Positions 62,826-64,000 of a DNA stretch of 64,000 nucleotides are shown here, in pieces. A program made the position numbers and the translations under genes. Position 1 is the stretch's first letter, and the number at the start of each line of letters is the position of its first letter. Origin of the DNA: Candidatus Ozemobacteraceae bacterium (GTDB lineage Bacteria; Muiribacteriota; Ozemobacteria; Ozemobacterales; Ozemobacteraceae); assembly GCA_965140445.1 (NCBI GenBank), contig OZ223236.1, positions 4,032,001 to 4,096,000 of the forward strand, read 5' to 3'. The notes below the pieces were generated by a model that was not told the DNA's origin, ran no database searches, and was given only the letters and a program-made list of their open reading frames with translations.

Positions 62826-63923
62826 ATGGTAGATACGTTATCTCAAAGTGAAATTGATGCACTGCTGTCTGCACTAAGCACTGGAGCAGAAGAAGAAGCC
62901 CCACCTCCAGGAGGGGGGACATATTCTGAAGACACTCCTAGCCAACGCAGAAAAGATGCTGCTGCAAGCAAGCTTGCTCTTTTTGGCCTGGATGAAGATG
63001 ATGATCCAGATAAACCAAAAAGAATTGAGAAACGCTATGATTTCAAGCGCCAAACAAAATTTTCAAAAGAACAACTTGGAACTATTCAATTAATTCATGA
63101 AACTTTTGCCCGGTTAGTTGGAACAGATCTATCAACAAAACTAAGAGCATATGCCCAGGCTACAATCATTGCTGTTGAACAAAAAACTTTTGAAGAGTTA
63201 ATCCATTCAATCTACAATCCTACATTTATTTCAATTTTCCGCTCAGACAATCTTGATGGAAAAGCCTTAATTGACATAAATTTGAATATTGTTTTTACAA
63301 TTTTAGATAGATTACTTGGTGGTAATGGAACTCCGCTTGGGCAACTTCGACAAGTAACAGAAGTAGAAAAACAAATCATGCAAAAAGTCATGGTTGGGAT
63401 TCTTGATCGCTTACGCGAAGCCTGGATCAATATCATAGACTTCGCACCAACTCTGGAATTAGTAGAGTCGAATCCCCAGTTTGCTCAGATAGTTCCTCCT
63501 GGCGACATGACTCTTTCTATAACTATAGAGTTAAAGATTCATGATGTCACAGGTGTAATGACTCTATGTATACCTTACAATACGGTTGAACCTATAGTTC
63601 ATAAATTCAATGCAGCGTCCTGGTTTGCAGCTGTCCGTAAAGAACCAATGCAAACTAACGTCGACGCTATCAGCAGCCAGGTAAAAGAAGTTCATCTTCC
63701 GGTGATTGCTGAACTTGGCTCTACAATAGTAAATCTACAAGACATCCTCGGTCTACAACCAGGCGATATCCTCGTTACAGATCAGTTGGTTCAAAAAGAT
63801 TTATGCATTAAAGTTGGAAATCTGGTTAAATTTAACGGTCGCCCAGGTATCCTCGGTAAGAAAATGGCCATATCAATAACGAATGTTGTCGACCCCCCTG
63901 ATCAGGAGGAGGAATTAGAGTGA
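62826..63923 (+). CDS. fliM: Flagellar motor switch protein FliM
   Basis: LSQSEIDALL, YDFKR..KFSKEQL, IHETFAR, DRLLGG.G, ESNPQFAQIV, SpoA domain. Confidence 0.96.
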   Translation: MVDTLSQSEIDALLSALSTGAEEEAPPPGGGTYSEDTPSQRRKDAAASKLALFGLDEDDDPDKPKRIEKRYDFKRQTKFSKEQLGTIQLIHETFARLVGTDLSTKLRAYAQATIIAVEQKTFEELIHSIYNPTFISIFRSDNLDGKALIDINLNIVFTILDRLLGGNGTPLGQLRQVTEVEKQIMQKVMVGILDRLREAWINIIDFAPTLELVESNPQFAQIVPPGDMTLSITIELKIHDVTGVMTLCIPYNTVEPIVHKFNAASWFAAVRKEPMQTNVDAISSQVKEVHLPVIAELGSTIVNLQDILGLQPGDILVTDQLVQKDLCIKVGNLVKFNGRPGILGKKMAISITNVVDPPDQEEELE

Positions 63924-64000
63924 ACGACCTATTATCACAAGAAGAAATTGATGCATTGTTAAATGCAGGATCTGACTCTGGGGGAGATGAAATTCCCGCA
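63920..64000 (+). CDS. fliY: Flagellar switch protein FliY/FliN, N-terminus (runs off window)
   Basis: GTG overlapping fliM stop (GTGA), GGAGG SD, translation MNDLLSQEEIDALLNAGSDSGGDEIPA with the CheY-binding LSQEEIDALL motif. Confidence 0.85.
   Translation, partial: MNDLLSQEEIDALLNAGSDSGGDEIPA

Noticed and set aside
1..64000. tRNA, rRNA, transposase, integrase or prophage genes
   Set aside because: None recognised by eye; tRNAscan-SE, barrnap and ISEScan would be needed to confirm absence.

Overview
64-kb AT-rich chromosomal window from a flagellated diderm bacterium (secretin, outer-membrane polysaccharide export protein and exosortase together with a Firmicutes/spirochete-style fliK-flgD-TIGR02530-flgE-flbD-fliL-fliM-fliY operon; taxonomy not determinable from the sequence alone). 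From left to right: (1) a minus-strand type IV pilus/type II secretion cluster (1-8819); (2) a decayed radical SAM/SPASM gene and an AT-rich glycosyl-/methyltransferase cluster with Wza/SLBB, Wzz-like and priming sugar transferase genes (9-21.7 kb); (3) a divergent exosortase, an EpsI-position gene, a GT-C/TPR protein and a PEP-CTERM cysteine peptidase (21.7-26 kb); (4) an orphan PqqD-radical SAM/SPASM (ScmD-ScmE-like) fusion; (5) rimO-pgsA-pgpA, two dRS3/REP-like repeats, a gingipain-like C25 protease, rnd, a CHASE2 adenylate cyclase, GH57 branching enzyme and DUF4912; (6) two uncharacterised three-gene envelope modules (Cache-HAMP / nucleotide-translocase-HEAT / PhnD-like, and FecR-coiled-coil / beta-barrel / lipoprotein); (7) an M23 peptidase and the flagellar hook/switch operon. 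Most notable signals found by reading the DNA: a recurring sigma28-type promoter motif in front of the polysaccharide export, priming transferase and exosortase genes as well as fliK and an unannotated 57-aa ORF; a densely structured, possibly switchable leader upstream of a 918-aa FlgE; and the two unexplained envelope modules. No rRNA, tRNA, CRISPR array or transposase was seen. All family calls are from motif recognition by eye, not from database searches.
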